Positions 18,403-28,142 are shown, counted from the stretch's first letter. The stretch is 38,218 nucleotides of DNA from Spirochaetota bacterium (GCA_043803405.1 JAZDKB010000052.1:1-38218); one strand, 5' to 3'. Translations and numbers: made by a program. The notes: generated by a model not told the origin, from the sequence alone.

Positions 18403-19521
18403 TTATTTCTTTTTTATTTCTTTAATTACAGCGTTAACAATATCGGCAGCTGCATTAACCTTTGCAAGGGACTTTGCCTTTTCAGCCATCCTGGATAATT
18501 GATTGGCATTGCTTAAAAGATCAGCAATTATTCCGCCCAGTTTTTCCGGATTTGCCTCATCTTTACGCACTCTAATCGCTGCTCCCGCCCGCTCAAATTC
18601 TTCAGCGTTTTTTTCCTGATGATTGTCCGCTGCATACGGATAAGGTATAAGGATCGATGGAAGACCGAAACACGCAAACTCCATTACTCCTCCGGCGCCG
18701 GACCTGCTCAGAGTCAAATTGCTGGCTTTGTATGCCAAACCGATTTCATCGATAAAAGGCGATAAATACATTGATCCGTCAGTGCTTATGCTTCCGATCT
18801 CTTCTTTAAACTTTTTATATGAATAATCGCCTGTAATCCATATCACGCCTGTATTTTTCAATTCATTCGCATATAGCTGTTTAATCTGCATAAAGAGCTC
18901 GTTTATTTGAAGAGCACCCTGACTTCCGCCTATAACAAGAATTACCTTTTTGCAATGGCCAAGATGAAAAAACTTCTTTGCTTCTTCCCTGCTTTTTTTT
19001 GTTAAAATATTTTTTCTTACCGGATTGCCCGCATGCATCACTTTATGTTTCAGATTCTCTTTTATATAATCCTTTGTTGTGCTGAAAGTCGTAAATATTT
19101 TCTTTGCTCTGCCGGCAAACAACAGCGTCACTTTTCCGGGTACGCTGTTCTGCTCGCACAGGAAAACCGGAATTTTCAGAATGCCGGCAGCGGCAAGCGC
19201 CGGAGCCGAAACATATCCACCCATGCCTATAACGGAATCTGCTTTTAATTTTTTAAGAAGCATCATGGAACGGAATACTGCCATAAAAAAATTTATTATA
19301 AAAAAAGGTAATAAAAATATATTTTTTGTAAATGATGGAGCGCTATAAACGAAAATATCTTTCTTGCTAATTCCCGAAAGCGGAGAAAAACCGACATCCT
19401 TCTTCCCGACCAGCATAGCCGTTTTAATGCCCTTGGCTTTTAATTCCCCATATAAAGATATACCAGGGAAAATATGGCCTCCGGTACCTCCTCCGACAAT
19501 CAATACGGATAATTTATCCAT
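18403..19521 (-). CDS. murG: Lipid II GlcNAc transferase MurG
   Basis: Start ATG 19521 (MDKLSVL); GGGTGGHIFP, EQNSVPG, GNPVR, GGSQGA, HQEKNA. Confidence 0.96.
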   Translation of the reverse strand: MDKLSVLIVGGGTGGHIFPGISLYGELKAKGIKTAMLVGKKDVGFSPLSGISKKDIFVYSAPSFTKNIFLLPFFIINFFMAVFRSMMLLKKLKADSVIGMGGYVSAPALAAAGILKIPVFLCEQNSVPGKVTLLFAGRAKKIFTTFSTTKDYIKENLKHKVMHAGNPVRKNILTKKSREEAKKFFHLGHCKKVILVIGGSQGALQINELFMQIKQLYANELKNTGVIWITGDYSYKKFKEEIGSISTDGSMYLSPFIDEIGLAYKASNLTLSRSGAGGVMEFACFGLPSILIPYPYAADNHQEKNAEEFERAGAAIRVRKDEANPEKLGGIIADLLSNANQLSRMAEKAKSLAKVNAAADIVNAVIKEIKKK

Positions 19522-20677
19522 TATATAATTCACCTTCTCTCAACTGAAAAGCATTCTGAGACTGGCTTCTCTGTTTCGATATATTAAGTAATATTCCAAG
19601 CGATACCATGCACGACAGAAAAGACGATCCGCCGTAGCTGATAAGCGGCAGCGGTATTCCCTTGGTCGGCAATGTGCCGCAAACAACACCTATGTTAATG
19701 AATGCCTGAACCGTAATTAAAATAGTTAATCCTACTGCAAGCAATGATCCGAATTCGTCCGGAGCTTTTAAAGAGATCATTATACCTCTCCAGAATAAAA
19801 CACAGTATAAAACAACTATTAATGCCGTACCAATAAAACCGCTTTCTTCCGCTATTACTGCAAAAATAAAATCAGTATGCGGCTCGGGAAGCCTTCTGAT
19901 CTTTTGTGTGCCGAATCCGAGACCTGTACCAAACAGCCCCCCTTTTTTAAAAGCTATGTAGGACTGTATTATGTGATAACCTGCGCCGAATCTTTCTTTC
20001 CATGGATCAAAATACGCAAGTATCCTTTCTTTCCTGTATTGAACCTGGTAAATCAGCAAATAGAACATCGGTATACTTATAACGGAAAGGTATACAATTG
20101 AAAAGAACGGGAATCCAAAGATAAACAGGATAATACCTGTTACAACAAGTAAATCGATTGCAGTTCCGAAATCGGGCTGCAGCATTATAAGTATAAATAT
20201 TGCGAATATAACAGCCATCGGGATCAAAAGTTGTAAAATCCTGCTTAGTTTCTCACTTTTTTCCGAAGAAAAAACCTTAACAAGATATATTACCATAAAT
20301 ACCTTGATGAATTCAGACGGCTGAATTGTAAAAGCTCCCAGCCTGAACCATCTCACTGATCCTTTTGTTCCATGACCTATCCCAGGAATAAGCAGTAATA
20401 TTAGTATCAGAAATGATATGATAAGCATTATCTTGGTGAATTTCGTATAAATATGATAATCGATATTCTGAAATACAAACAGTGCTGCAAAACCGATAAG
20501 AGCCCAGGCGACCTGCCTTTTTAGAAAATAGAAAGAGTCTCCGAATTCATTTAAAGCATAAACCGCGCTCGCGCTGTATATCATAGCTATGCCAAGGCCT
20601 GTCAGTATAAAAATAGTTATAAACAGAATTATATCTATTTCACTATTCTTATCTTTTGATAATAATTTTAAATCCAA
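19514..20677 (-). CDS. ftsW: SEDS peptidoglycan glycosyltransferase FtsW
   Basis: IQPSEFIK, QPDFG, LPEPHTDFIFAVIAEE, PLISYGGSS; TTG start. Confidence 0.96.
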   Translation of the reverse strand: MDLKLLSKDKNSEIDIILFITIFILTGLGIAMIYSASAVYALNEFGDSFYFLKRQVAWALIGFAALFVFQNIDYHIYTKFTKIMLIISFLILILLLIPGIGHGTKGSVRWFRLGAFTIQPSEFIKVFMVIYLVKVFSSEKSEKLSRILQLLIPMAVIFAIFILIMLQPDFGTAIDLLVVTGIILFIFGFPFFSIVYLSVISIPMFYLLIYQVQYRKERILAYFDPWKERFGAGYHIIQSYIAFKKGGLFGTGLGFGTQKIRRLPEPHTDFIFAVIAEESGFIGTALIVVLYCVLFWRGIMISLKAPDEFGSLLAVGLTILITVQAFINIGVVCGTLPTKGIPLPLISYGGSSFLSCMVSLGILLNISKQRSQSQNAFQLREGELYNG

Positions 20678-20688
20678 AACAGCGCTCC

Positions 20689-22059
20689 TTACTTATTTTT
20701 AAAAACCGCTTCTTTAAATTTTTCGCCTCTTTCTTCAAAGTTGGAAAACATATCGAAAGAAGCGCATGCGGGAGATAAAATAATAACGTCATCTATTGAG
20801 CTGGCGTTAATGGCTTTTTTAACTGCTTCATTCATCGATCTCGCAGTTTCGCCTGGAGTTTCCCTGAACAATTTTTTAAAATCCTTTGCCGATTCACCGA
20901 TCAGTATTAAATGCTTTATCTTTTGTTTTATTGCCGGAGCAAGCCGGGAATAATCATCTCCTTTAGTTCGGCCCCCAATTATTAACACGCTTCCATAAGG
21001 AATGCTTTTAAGAGCCATTTCAACAGCGCCGACTGTTGTGGCTTTCGAATCATTTATAAATGTCCGTCCGTTAAATGTGCCGATAACCTCCATCCTGTGC
21101 GCAAGGCCTTTAAACGAATAACACGCCTCTTCTATCATCTTATAATCAATATTTCTTCCGGTTTTCATTAATATTGAAATGACTATAAGTACAGATGCCA
21201 TTGTGTTCTCAATATTATGCATCCCAAGTATCTGCAATTTTGACGTATCTGCAATTTCGGTCCGTTCACCATTTGCAGATATGATTATTGAACCGTCTTC
21301 ATAATAGGAATCCGCTTTAGTATCATTAACCGAAAAAGATAGTTTATGAGCTTTAATATTATTAAGACTATCTGCAAGCATCCGGTCTTCCTTTTTATAA
21401 ATATAAAAATCATCCGGTGTCTGGTTTGCTGCAACACGCAGCTTTGCATTTAAATAATCATTCATTGTATCGTAACGGTCCAGATGATCCGGGGTCACAT
21501 TTAAAATCGCGGATACATCCGGTCTAAGTTTGTCTATGGTCTCAAGCTGAAAAGAAGATAATTCAATAACCGACACGGATTTTTCATCTGTCTCTTCAAT
21601 GAACGAAATAAACGGCGTACCGAGGTTTCCTCCGGCGAATGTCTTAATTCCAAGTTCTTTTAATATGTGCGCTACAAGGCTAGTAGTTGTAGACTTCCCG
21701 TCAGTACCTGTAATTGCAACCATAGTGCCTTTCATATGTCTGTACGCGAGTTCAACCTCGGCAATTACAGGAATTCTTTTTTCATAAGCAGCTTTAATCA
21801 GCGGTATGGTTTTCGGGACTCCCGGGCTAAGCACAACAAGGTCAAAACCTTCAGCCAGTATTGACGGCTCCTGGTTGCCGGCAAAGACATTAACATCTTT
21901 CCTTAGCAGTTTTACAATATCCTTTAATTCATCCGATGACTTTGAATCCGAAACAGATACTTTATATCCCTTTCCGGAAAGAAAATTGCACGCAGCAAGA
22001 CCGGATCTTTTCCCAAGACCTACTACAAGTATTTTGCTGTTTTTATTTAAGTCTTTCAC
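20689..22059 (-). CDS. murD: UDP-MurNAc-L-Ala--D-glutamate ligase
   Basis: SPGVP, ITGTDGKSTTT, ELSSFQLE, DHLDRY, NDSKAT, LSPACASFDMF; GTG start. Confidence 0.97.
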   Translation of the reverse strand: MKDLNKNSKILVVGLGKRSGLAACNFLSGKGYKVSVSDSKSSDELKDIVKLLRKDVNVFAGNQEPSILAEGFDLVVLSPGVPKTIPLIKAAYEKRIPVIAEVELAYRHMKGTMVAITGTDGKSTTTSLVAHILKELGIKTFAGGNLGTPFISFIEETDEKSVSVIELSSFQLETIDKLRPDVSAILNVTPDHLDRYDTMNDYLNAKLRVAANQTPDDFYIYKKEDRMLADSLNNIKAHKLSFSVNDTKADSYYEDGSIIISANGERTEIADTSKLQILGMHNIENTMASVLIVISILMKTGRNIDYKMIEEACYSFKGLAHRMEVIGTFNGRTFINDSKATTVGAVEMALKSIPYGSVLIIGGRTKGDDYSRLAPAIKQKIKHLILIGESAKDFKKLFRETPGETARSMNEAVKKAINASSIDDVIILSPACASFDMFSNFEERGEKFKEAVFKNK

Positions 22060-22084
22060 ATACTGTTCCTGTGTAAAAATGATT

Positions 22085-22165
22085 TATAATAAAACCTAAC
22101 TCCCTATCACACCAAGCGAAGCCTCCCTGTAGGACTCCTCAAAAGGAAAGGAATGTCAGGGGAAA
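22085..22165. repeat. GC-rich imperfect palindrome, possible REP-like relic between mraY and murD
   Basis: CCCTG...CAGGG outer stem with TCCT-CAAA-AGGA inner stem, and a GCGAAGC motif, in an otherwise tightly packed operon. Confidence 0.3.
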
Positions 22166-22170
22166 TAAAG

Positions 22171-23256
22171 TTATAATATCTTAAGCGAACTCAATCCCAG
22201 TATCATAAAAATAATTCCGAGTATCCACATCCGGACTACGACCTTTTGCTCTGGCCATCCCAATAGCTCAAAATGATGATGCAGCGGAGCCATTTTAAAA
22301 ATTCTTTTTTGTGTAAATTTGAAATATAAAACCTGAATTATAACGGAGATCGTCTCCATAACCCAGACACCGCCAACTATAAATAAAAAAATCTCTTTTT
22401 TTATCATGACTGCTATAATGCCAATAACTCCACCCAGCGCGAGCGAACCGGTATCGCCCATGAACACTGAAGCAGGATTGCTGTTAAACCATAAAAATCC
22501 GATAGATGCTCCGATTATAGCAGAAATAAACACCGTCAGTTCAGCACTGTCCGGCACATAGGGTATTCTTAAATAAGTGGCAATCTTGATGTGGCCGGTC
22601 AAATATGCCATGATTGCAATGCTTATCGCAGCTATCATTATTGATCCTATAGCCAGTCCGTCAAGACCGTCCGTAAGATTAACCGCGTTTGTGCTGGCTA
22701 CAATAACAAACGTAGCAAACACAATCCAGAACCATCCAAGATTTGCGACAGCTTCGTTGAAAAAAGGCACAAACAACTTCGTTGAATACTGCTCGCTTGA
22801 TGGAAAAAAATAAATCAGGACAGAAACCACAAAAGCAATTGCTATCTGAAAGAACAGTTTCATCCTTGCCGACATACCGTTCTTTCTTTTAAGAACCGAT
22901 TTCATGTAATCATCGACAAATCCCAGCAGACCCAGCAGGATCATCGCGCATATAAGAATTATTAAGTAATGATTTTTAAAATTTCCCCAGAATAATATAG
23001 ATATAAGAACAGCTACAAGAATTATAACCCCGCCCATTGTTGGAGTTCCGGCTTTTGTTTTATGGGTCTGAGGCCCAAGCGTATATATTTCTTCTTTGAA
23101 CTTTAAAACCCTAAGCCATTTTATTGCGATGTTGCCCAACAGTAAAATCAGGACGAGTGCAGTAATAGCTGCATACATTGATCTGAAACTTATATACTGG
23201 AACAATCTTAAAAAAGAAATATATTCACTTAAAGGCGCAATAAAATGATATAGCAT
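22171..23256 (-). CDS. mraY: Phospho-N-acetylmuramoyl-pentapeptide transferase
   Basis: KAGTPTMGG, GFVDDY, NAVNLTDGLDGLA, FMGDTGS, MAPLHHHFE. Confidence 0.98.
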   Translation of the reverse strand: MLYHFIAPLSEYISFLRLFQYISFRSMYAAITALVLILLLGNIAIKWLRVLKFKEEIYTLGPQTHKTKAGTPTMGGVIILVAVLISILFWGNFKNHYLIILICAMILLGLLGFVDDYMKSVLKRKNGMSARMKLFFQIAIAFVVSVLIYFFPSSEQYSTKLFVPFFNEAVANLGWFWIVFATFVIVASTNAVNLTDGLDGLAIGSIMIAAISIAIMAYLTGHIKIATYLRIPYVPDSAELTVFISAIIGASIGFLWFNSNPASVFMGDTGSLALGGVIGIIAVMIKKEIFLFIVGGVWVMETISVIIQVLYFKFTQKRIFKMAPLHHHFELLGWPEQKVVVRMWILGIIFMILGLSSLKIL

Positions 23257-23261
23257 AAATG

Positions 23262-24653
23262 TCAGTGGATAATAGCTTCCACTACCTCCTCCATTTTCAT
23301 TGATCTTGATCCTTTCACAAGTATTACGTCTCCGGGGAGTAAATGATTTTTTGCATAATCAATCAAATCCGGTTTTGTCCTGAAATGCAGCGCGTTCCCG
23401 TTATTCATCCCGCTTTCTTTTGCTCCGAGAGCAATATTTTCAGCCATCTCGCCCCATGTAAAAAGCCTGTCAATGCCGGATGCCCCCGCCAGCTTCCCGA
23501 TCTCCCTGTGATAATATTCCGAGGAAGAGCCGAGCTCCTTCATATCAGAGAGCACTGCAACCTTTCTCTTCCCGGAAAAAATTTCTGCAAGCGACTTAAG
23601 GGCGTATCCGGCTGAAAGCGGATTTGAATTATACGTATCGTTAATTACAGTATAATTCCGGTCGGAAATAACCTGGCTTCTCATATCGATGTTTTTAAAT
23701 TCGTGAAAAGCTTCCTGTATAATATTTGCCTCAACACCCAACTCAAGAGCCGCAGCCATCGCCGCAATGGCGTTGTATAGGTTATGAATGCCGTATAATG
23801 GAATATTATACTCGATGCTATTGTAGGTAAACCGGATTGAGTCCGCGAAAAGAGTATAAGAAGCTGGCTTCATATCGGCCTTATCCGACAATCCGAATGT
23901 CTTTACATTAAGGCGGGAATCGGAAGCTTTTTTAAGAAGAATGTCAAAGCACCGGGAATCCCTATTCAGTATAATAAGCGATCCCGGCTTCATGCTGTTC
24001 ATGATCTCGGACTTGGCATAAGCGACGTTTTCTACAGTCCCTAAAAATTCAAGATGCCCCTCGCCCACGTTCGTTATAACAGCCATGTCCGGCTTAGCAA
24101 TACCGGAAAGCCTGTCTATCTCCCCTTTGTGATTCATTCCCATTTCTATTATAGCCCACTTGTGATCTTCATTTAATCCAAGAAGTGTATGTGGAACGCC
24201 TATTTCATTATTATAATTCTTCTCATTTTTTAACGCAGCATGTTTTCTGTTTAATATAGTCCATAATAATTCTTTGGTTGTGGTCTTCCCGTTCGTCCCG
24301 GTGATCCCGATCACCTTTGCTTTCATCGTAAGCCTGTGGCGTGATGCAATGCGGCCGTAAGCCTTAAGTGTATCGTCGCAAAGGATTGCTCCGGTGCCGA
24401 GCTCCCGCGCCGCCTTAGCGCTCTCCTCGCGCATCGTAAGAAAGGCCGCTATGCTCCCGCTCTTCACCAGCTCATCGATAAACTGGTGGCCGTCGAATCT
24501 TTCTCCGACAATCGGCACAAACAGGCTATCTTTGCCAAGCTCCCGCGAATCCGTTGTTATCGAATTTATCTCTTTATTGCGGTCGCCGCATAATAGAGTG
24601 CCGCCGGCCCACTCCGCAGCCTTGCCGATTGTCGAGTTAAATTCCGCTTTCAA
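23262..24653 (-). CDS. murF: UDP-MurNAc-tripeptide--D-Ala-D-Ala ligase
   Basis: ITGTNGKTTTKE, NNEIGVP, EMGMNHKGEI, DTYNSNP, LVKGSR; TTG start overlaps the murE stop. Confidence 0.97.
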   Translation of the reverse strand: MKAEFNSTIGKAAEWAGGTLLCGDRNKEINSITTDSRELGKDSLFVPIVGERFDGHQFIDELVKSGSIAAFLTMREESAKAARELGTGAILCDDTLKAYGRIASRHRLTMKAKVIGITGTNGKTTTKELLWTILNRKHAALKNEKNYNNEIGVPHTLLGLNEDHKWAIIEMGMNHKGEIDRLSGIAKPDMAVITNVGEGHLEFLGTVENVAYAKSEIMNSMKPGSLIILNRDSRCFDILLKKASDSRLNVKTFGLSDKADMKPASYTLFADSIRFTYNSIEYNIPLYGIHNLYNAIAAMAAALELGVEANIIQEAFHEFKNIDMRSQVISDRNYTVINDTYNSNPLSAGYALKSLAEIFSGKRKVAVLSDMKELGSSSEYYHREIGKLAGASGIDRLFTWGEMAENIALGAKESGMNNGNALHFRTKPDLIDYAKNHLLPGDVILVKGSRSMKMEEVVEAIIH

Positions 24654-26179
24654 TTTTTTTCCCGCTCATGAATATATTTTCCAGCGATCTCGTGATCGTC
24701 AAAATGCGTTTTCTTTCCTTTAATAATCTGGTAATCCTCATGGCCTTTGCCTGCAAGCACAACCAGGTCGCCTTCCTTAGCCGTTAAAATCGCTTTCTTT
24801 ATTGCCTGCTCCCTGTCTGTAATAATCTCGAAGTTCGTCTCACTCAGACCGGCAGTAATGTCACTTATGATCTCATCAGGATCTTCATCGCGCGGATTAT
24901 CGCTTGTAAAGATCACCCAGTCGGAATTCACGACCGCGGTCTTCCCCATAATCGGACGCTTGGTCTTGTCACGGTTTCCGCCGCATCCAAGCAGAGTAAT
25001 GATCCGCTTAGGTTTAAGCTCCTTTGCCGAAGCCAAAAGCTTCTGCACACCGTCGTCCGTGTGCGCGTAATCCACAATCACGTTAAAACCGCTTTTCGAT
25101 TTGATCGAGTCGAATCTGCCCGGGATCGCCTTTAAATCCCAAAGACCTTTTTGTATGATATTTACAGGCACTCCCATTTTGTGGCACACTGCGAAGGCGC
25201 AAAGCGAATTATAAATCTGGAAGTTTCCAAGAACATTAAGCTTTATATTGATCCCGCCTGCCGGCTTCTCCAGCGCGTACGAAACACCCGCAAGCGAACT
25301 CGAAATGCTACTTTCATCTATTCTATAATCTGCATCTCTATTAATACCAAAACCAAAAAACGGATACCCAAAATCTGCATCCTTTATTATCTTTTTCCCA
25401 TACTCATCATCAATATTTACAATTGCTGCCTTATTATCCTTACTGCTCTTTTCAAGCAATTGAAAAATTCTATTTTTTGATGAAAAATAATCTTCAAAAG
25501 TTTTATGAAAATCCAGATGATCCCTTGTCAGGTTTGTAAAAGCGGCAATATTAAAATCAATGTCTTCCACCCTGAAAAGTTTCAGCGCGTGAGAAGATGC
25601 TTCCATAACGATTACGTTAACGCCGTCAGAAACCATGTTAGCGAAAATCTCCTGCAAGTCCCTTGATTCAGGAGTAGTATTCGGAGCGTTAACTGTTTTT
25701 TGTTTCCATCTGTAATTTACAGTGCCCACAACACCGGGCGTCATACCGAAATCCTTTAGTACAGTCTCGATCATATATGTAATGGAAGTCTTTCCATTTG
25801 TGCCTGTAACGCCGATCACCGGAACCTTCGAAGTCGGATTGCCGAAAATTTCAGCGGAAAACGCGGACAATGCTCTCCTCGTATCATGCGAGGCAAGAAT
25901 AACCGTACCGTTATTTTTTATATCTTTAAATTCAGCAGCTTTCGAATCCGAAACCACAACAGCGCCAACACCTTTACTGATCGCGTCCTTTACGTATAAA
26001 TGCCCGTCTGTAACAAATCCCGGAACAGCTACAAACAATGCCTTGTCATTGACTTTTCTGGAATCGTATTCAACCGAAACGATCTTTTTATCGATATCGC
26101 CGGATACGAGATGTATATCGCATTTTACGTTATCGATTAAAGCCTTTAAAGGCAGTGATTTTCTTATAATCTCACTCAT
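24650..26179 (-). CDS. murE: UDP-MurNAc-dipeptide--diamino acid ligase (probably meso-DAP)
   Basis: TGTNGKTS, TTPES, MEASSH, DYAHT, SDNPR, AGKGHE. Confidence 0.97.
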   Translation of the reverse strand: MSEIIRKSLPLKALIDNVKCDIHLVSGDIDKKIVSVEYDSRKVNDKALFVAVPGFVTDGHLYVKDAISKGVGAVVVSDSKAAEFKDIKNNGTVILASHDTRRALSAFSAEIFGNPTSKVPVIGVTGTNGKTSITYMIETVLKDFGMTPGVVGTVNYRWKQKTVNAPNTTPESRDLQEIFANMVSDGVNVIVMEASSHALKLFRVEDIDFNIAAFTNLTRDHLDFHKTFEDYFSSKNRIFQLLEKSSKDNKAAIVNIDDEYGKKIIKDADFGYPFFGFGINRDADYRIDESSISSSLAGVSYALEKPAGGINIKLNVLGNFQIYNSLCAFAVCHKMGVPVNIIQKGLWDLKAIPGRFDSIKSKSGFNVIVDYAHTDDGVQKLLASAKELKPKRIITLLGCGGNRDKTKRPIMGKTAVVNSDWVIFTSDNPRDEDPDEIISDITAGLSETNFEIITDREQAIKKAILTAKEGDLVVLAGKGHEDYQIIKGKKTHFDDHEIAGKYIHEREKN

Positions 26180-26221
26180 TTCTATTTTATTATTCCCATT
26201 AACATAATCCGGTTATTAGAT

Positions 26222-26243
26222 TAACCACAGTTATCTGCGGTTA
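26222..26243 (-). other. Intergenic hairpin between ftsL and murE
   Basis: Minus strand TAACCGCAG-ATAA-CTGTGGTTA, a 9-bp stem with one G.U pair. The T-run is on the plus strand. Confidence 0.45.
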
Positions 26244-26264
26244 TTTTTTTAAATTTTTAATTGA

Positions 26265-26546
26265 TTACTCCATATTTATTGTCACGAAATCGTGCGGCGT
26301 AAGTTCCCGCATCCCGTTTTCTGCTGCGTACCTCTCCACCATATCCATTCTCTTGTATCTCTCGATCTCGTATTTAAGTCTGTCATTCATATTTATTAAT
26401 TGCCTTTCTTCTTTTAAGGCTTTCCTGTAGTCAATTTTAATTTTCATTACTTCGACATTCTGCCAGACATATAAAATTACAAATACTACGACCGATAATG
26501 CTGTAATAAAGTATTTAATGATGAGCCCCCTTACACCTTCCTGCAA
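26265..26546 (-). CDS. ftsL: FtsL-like cell division protein
   Basis: Single TM followed by a coiled coil and VERYAAENGM; canonical position between rsmH and murE. Start codon uncertain. Confidence 0.7.
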   Translation of the reverse strand: MQEGVRGLIIKYFITALSVVVFVILYVWQNVEVMKIKIDYRKALKEERQLINMNDRLKYEIERYKRMDMVERYAAENGMRELTPHDFVTINME

Positions 26547-27490
26547 ACCCTGAGCTTCGCGCTCCTTGAACGCCTGTTCTCTTTCAGTTCTTCATCCGAG
26601 GGCGTTACAGGTTTCCTTGTCAGCAGCTCCACTAAAGGTTTGCCTGTGCACATACATTGCTGAGGCGGCAGCCCGCATACGCACCCGACCGACAGCCGCC
26701 GAAACTGATCTTTTACTATTCTGTCCTCAAGCGAATGGAACGAGATCGCTATTATTACTCCGCCGGATGCTAAGAACTTATATGCTTCTTTCAGCGACTT
26801 GCGGATCGCGTTCAGCTCGTCATTTACTTCTATCCTTACTGCCTGAAACACCCTTGTAGCAGGATGAATATTTTTAACCCGGAATTTTGCAGGTATCGCG
26901 CCTTTTACAATCCACGCAAGCTCGCCCGATGTCTCAATTATTTTTTCTCTGCGCCTCTCGCATATTATTTTTGCTATCCGTTTTGCCCAGCGCTCCTCGC
27001 CGTAATCCCTGAAAATCTCAAATAATTTTTTTTCAGGATATTTGTTAACGACGTAATAAGCGTTTAACTCCTTCCTTTTATCAAGCCTCATGTCCAGCGG
27101 CTCATCCTCAGTAAAACCAAATCCCCGCCCGCTTTTTTCAAAATGATAAGATGAGATACCGAAGTCGTAAAGAAAGCCGCTCATTTTTCCCTTTCGTATG
27201 CTCAGGAACGCTTCTATATTCTCGAAATTATCGTTTATAAATTCTATTCTGCCGGTGTACTCCACCAGTCTTCTCTTCGCGATATCAAGAATTTCCGCGT
27301 CTCTCTCAAATGCGATTATATTCAAGTCACCGAAAGTCTCAAGCAGAAGTTCGCTGTGGCCGCCCTCACCCAGAGTACAGTCTGCAAATACATTATCGCC
27401 TGCTCCACGAACTTCGCCGGCAAACCTTAAAACTTCTCTCCACATGACCGGCTTATGTACGATGTAATCGTCTTCGACATTATGTCTCAT
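26531..27490 (-). CDS. rsmH: 16S rRNA C1402 N4-methyltransferase
   Basis: HKPVM, DCTLGEGGHS, PLDMR, HPATRVFQAVRIEVN, ISFHSLEDRIVK, RSRSAKLR. Confidence 0.97.
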   Translation of the reverse strand: MRHNVEDDYIVHKPVMWREVLRFAGEVRGAGDNVFADCTLGEGGHSELLLETFGDLNIIAFERDAEILDIAKRRLVEYTGRIEFINDNFENIEAFLSIRKGKMSGFLYDFGISSYHFEKSGRGFGFTEDEPLDMRLDKRKELNAYYVVNKYPEKKLFEIFRDYGEERWAKRIAKIICERRREKIIETSGELAWIVKGAIPAKFRVKNIHPATRVFQAVRIEVNDELNAIRKSLKEAYKFLASGGVIIAISFHSLEDRIVKDQFRRLSVGCVCGLPPQQCMCTGKPLVELLTRKPVTPSDEELKENRRSRSAKLRVCRKV

Positions 27491-27524
27491 AATATATAAT
27501 GATGCCGCCGTGTGGTCTCAAATT

Positions 27525-27552
27525 AAAAACAAAACCGGGAAAATATTCCCGG
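27525..27552 (-). terminator. Intrinsic terminator-like hairpin directly after mraZ
   Basis: CCGGGAA-TATT-TTCCCGG perfect 7-bp stem followed by TTTTGTTTTT on the minus strand, 3 nt after the mraZ stop. Confidence 0.65.
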
Positions 27553-27555
27553 AGT

Positions 27556-27993
27556 TTAAAAACTTAAATCTTTTGCGAACATATTTAACGTATCCGTGTC
27601 AGGCTTATGTTCGCCGTATATTTTTGAGCTCCAGACCTCTATTTTATCATACACACCTAAAATCGTTACATCCCCGTTTATTTCAGCGTAATTCAGGAGA
27701 TTTGCAGGTATTATTATTCTGCCCTGCTTGTCAAGGTCGCATTCGGCAGCGCCGCCAAGCAGGAATCTCATCTTCATGCGGTTTTTCTGCTCACCCTGCG
27801 AAAGAACCATCAATTTATTCTGTACGAAATCCTTCCATTCGGATTCCCGGAAAGCGATTATACATTTATCAAAACTCGGGGCGATTATCAGTCTGGATAT
27901 GACGGCATCTTCACCGAAAGCTTTTCTTAGACGCGCGGGTATGGCTACCCTGCCTTTTTCATCTAAACTAGGATGATATTCACCCATAAACAT
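27556..27993 (-). CDS. mraZ: Division/cell-wall cluster transcriptional repressor MraZ
   Basis: MFMGEY..SLDEKGRVAIPARLR, LDKQGRIIIP, KIEVWS. Confidence 0.97.
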   Translation of the reverse strand: MFMGEYHPSLDEKGRVAIPARLRKAFGEDAVISRLIIAPSFDKCIIAFRESEWKDFVQNKLMVLSQGEQKNRMKMRFLLGGAAECDLDKQGRIIIPANLLNYAEINGDVTILGVYDKIEVWSSKIYGEHKPDTDTLNMFAKDLSF

Positions 27994-28011
27994 CGTATAT
28001 TTGCCTCATTG

Positions 28012-28086
28012 CACCATTTTAAGGGAATATTCAACATTAATCACCACGATTCCCCACTTAATATTACAATGTGACATAATTGTCAA
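28012..28086 (-). promoter_or_regulatory. dcw promoter with MraZ-binding direct repeats
   Basis: TTGACA (28086-28081)-17 nt-TATTAA; then GTGGGG (28057-52), GTGGTG (28047-42), ATGTTG (28037-32) and ATGGTG (28017-12) on a 10-nt register. Confidence 0.75.
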
Positions 28087-28109
28087 GTAAAAAAACAAAT
28101 TTTGTACAT

Positions 28110-28142
28110 AAAAAAAGGCTGTCTTGAAAGACAACCTTTTTT
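28110..28142. terminator. Bidirectional-type intrinsic terminator upstream of the mraZ promoter
   Basis: A7-GGCTGTCT-TGAA-AGACAACC-T6. The stem pairs fully (with one G.U) on the minus strand. Confidence 0.6.
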
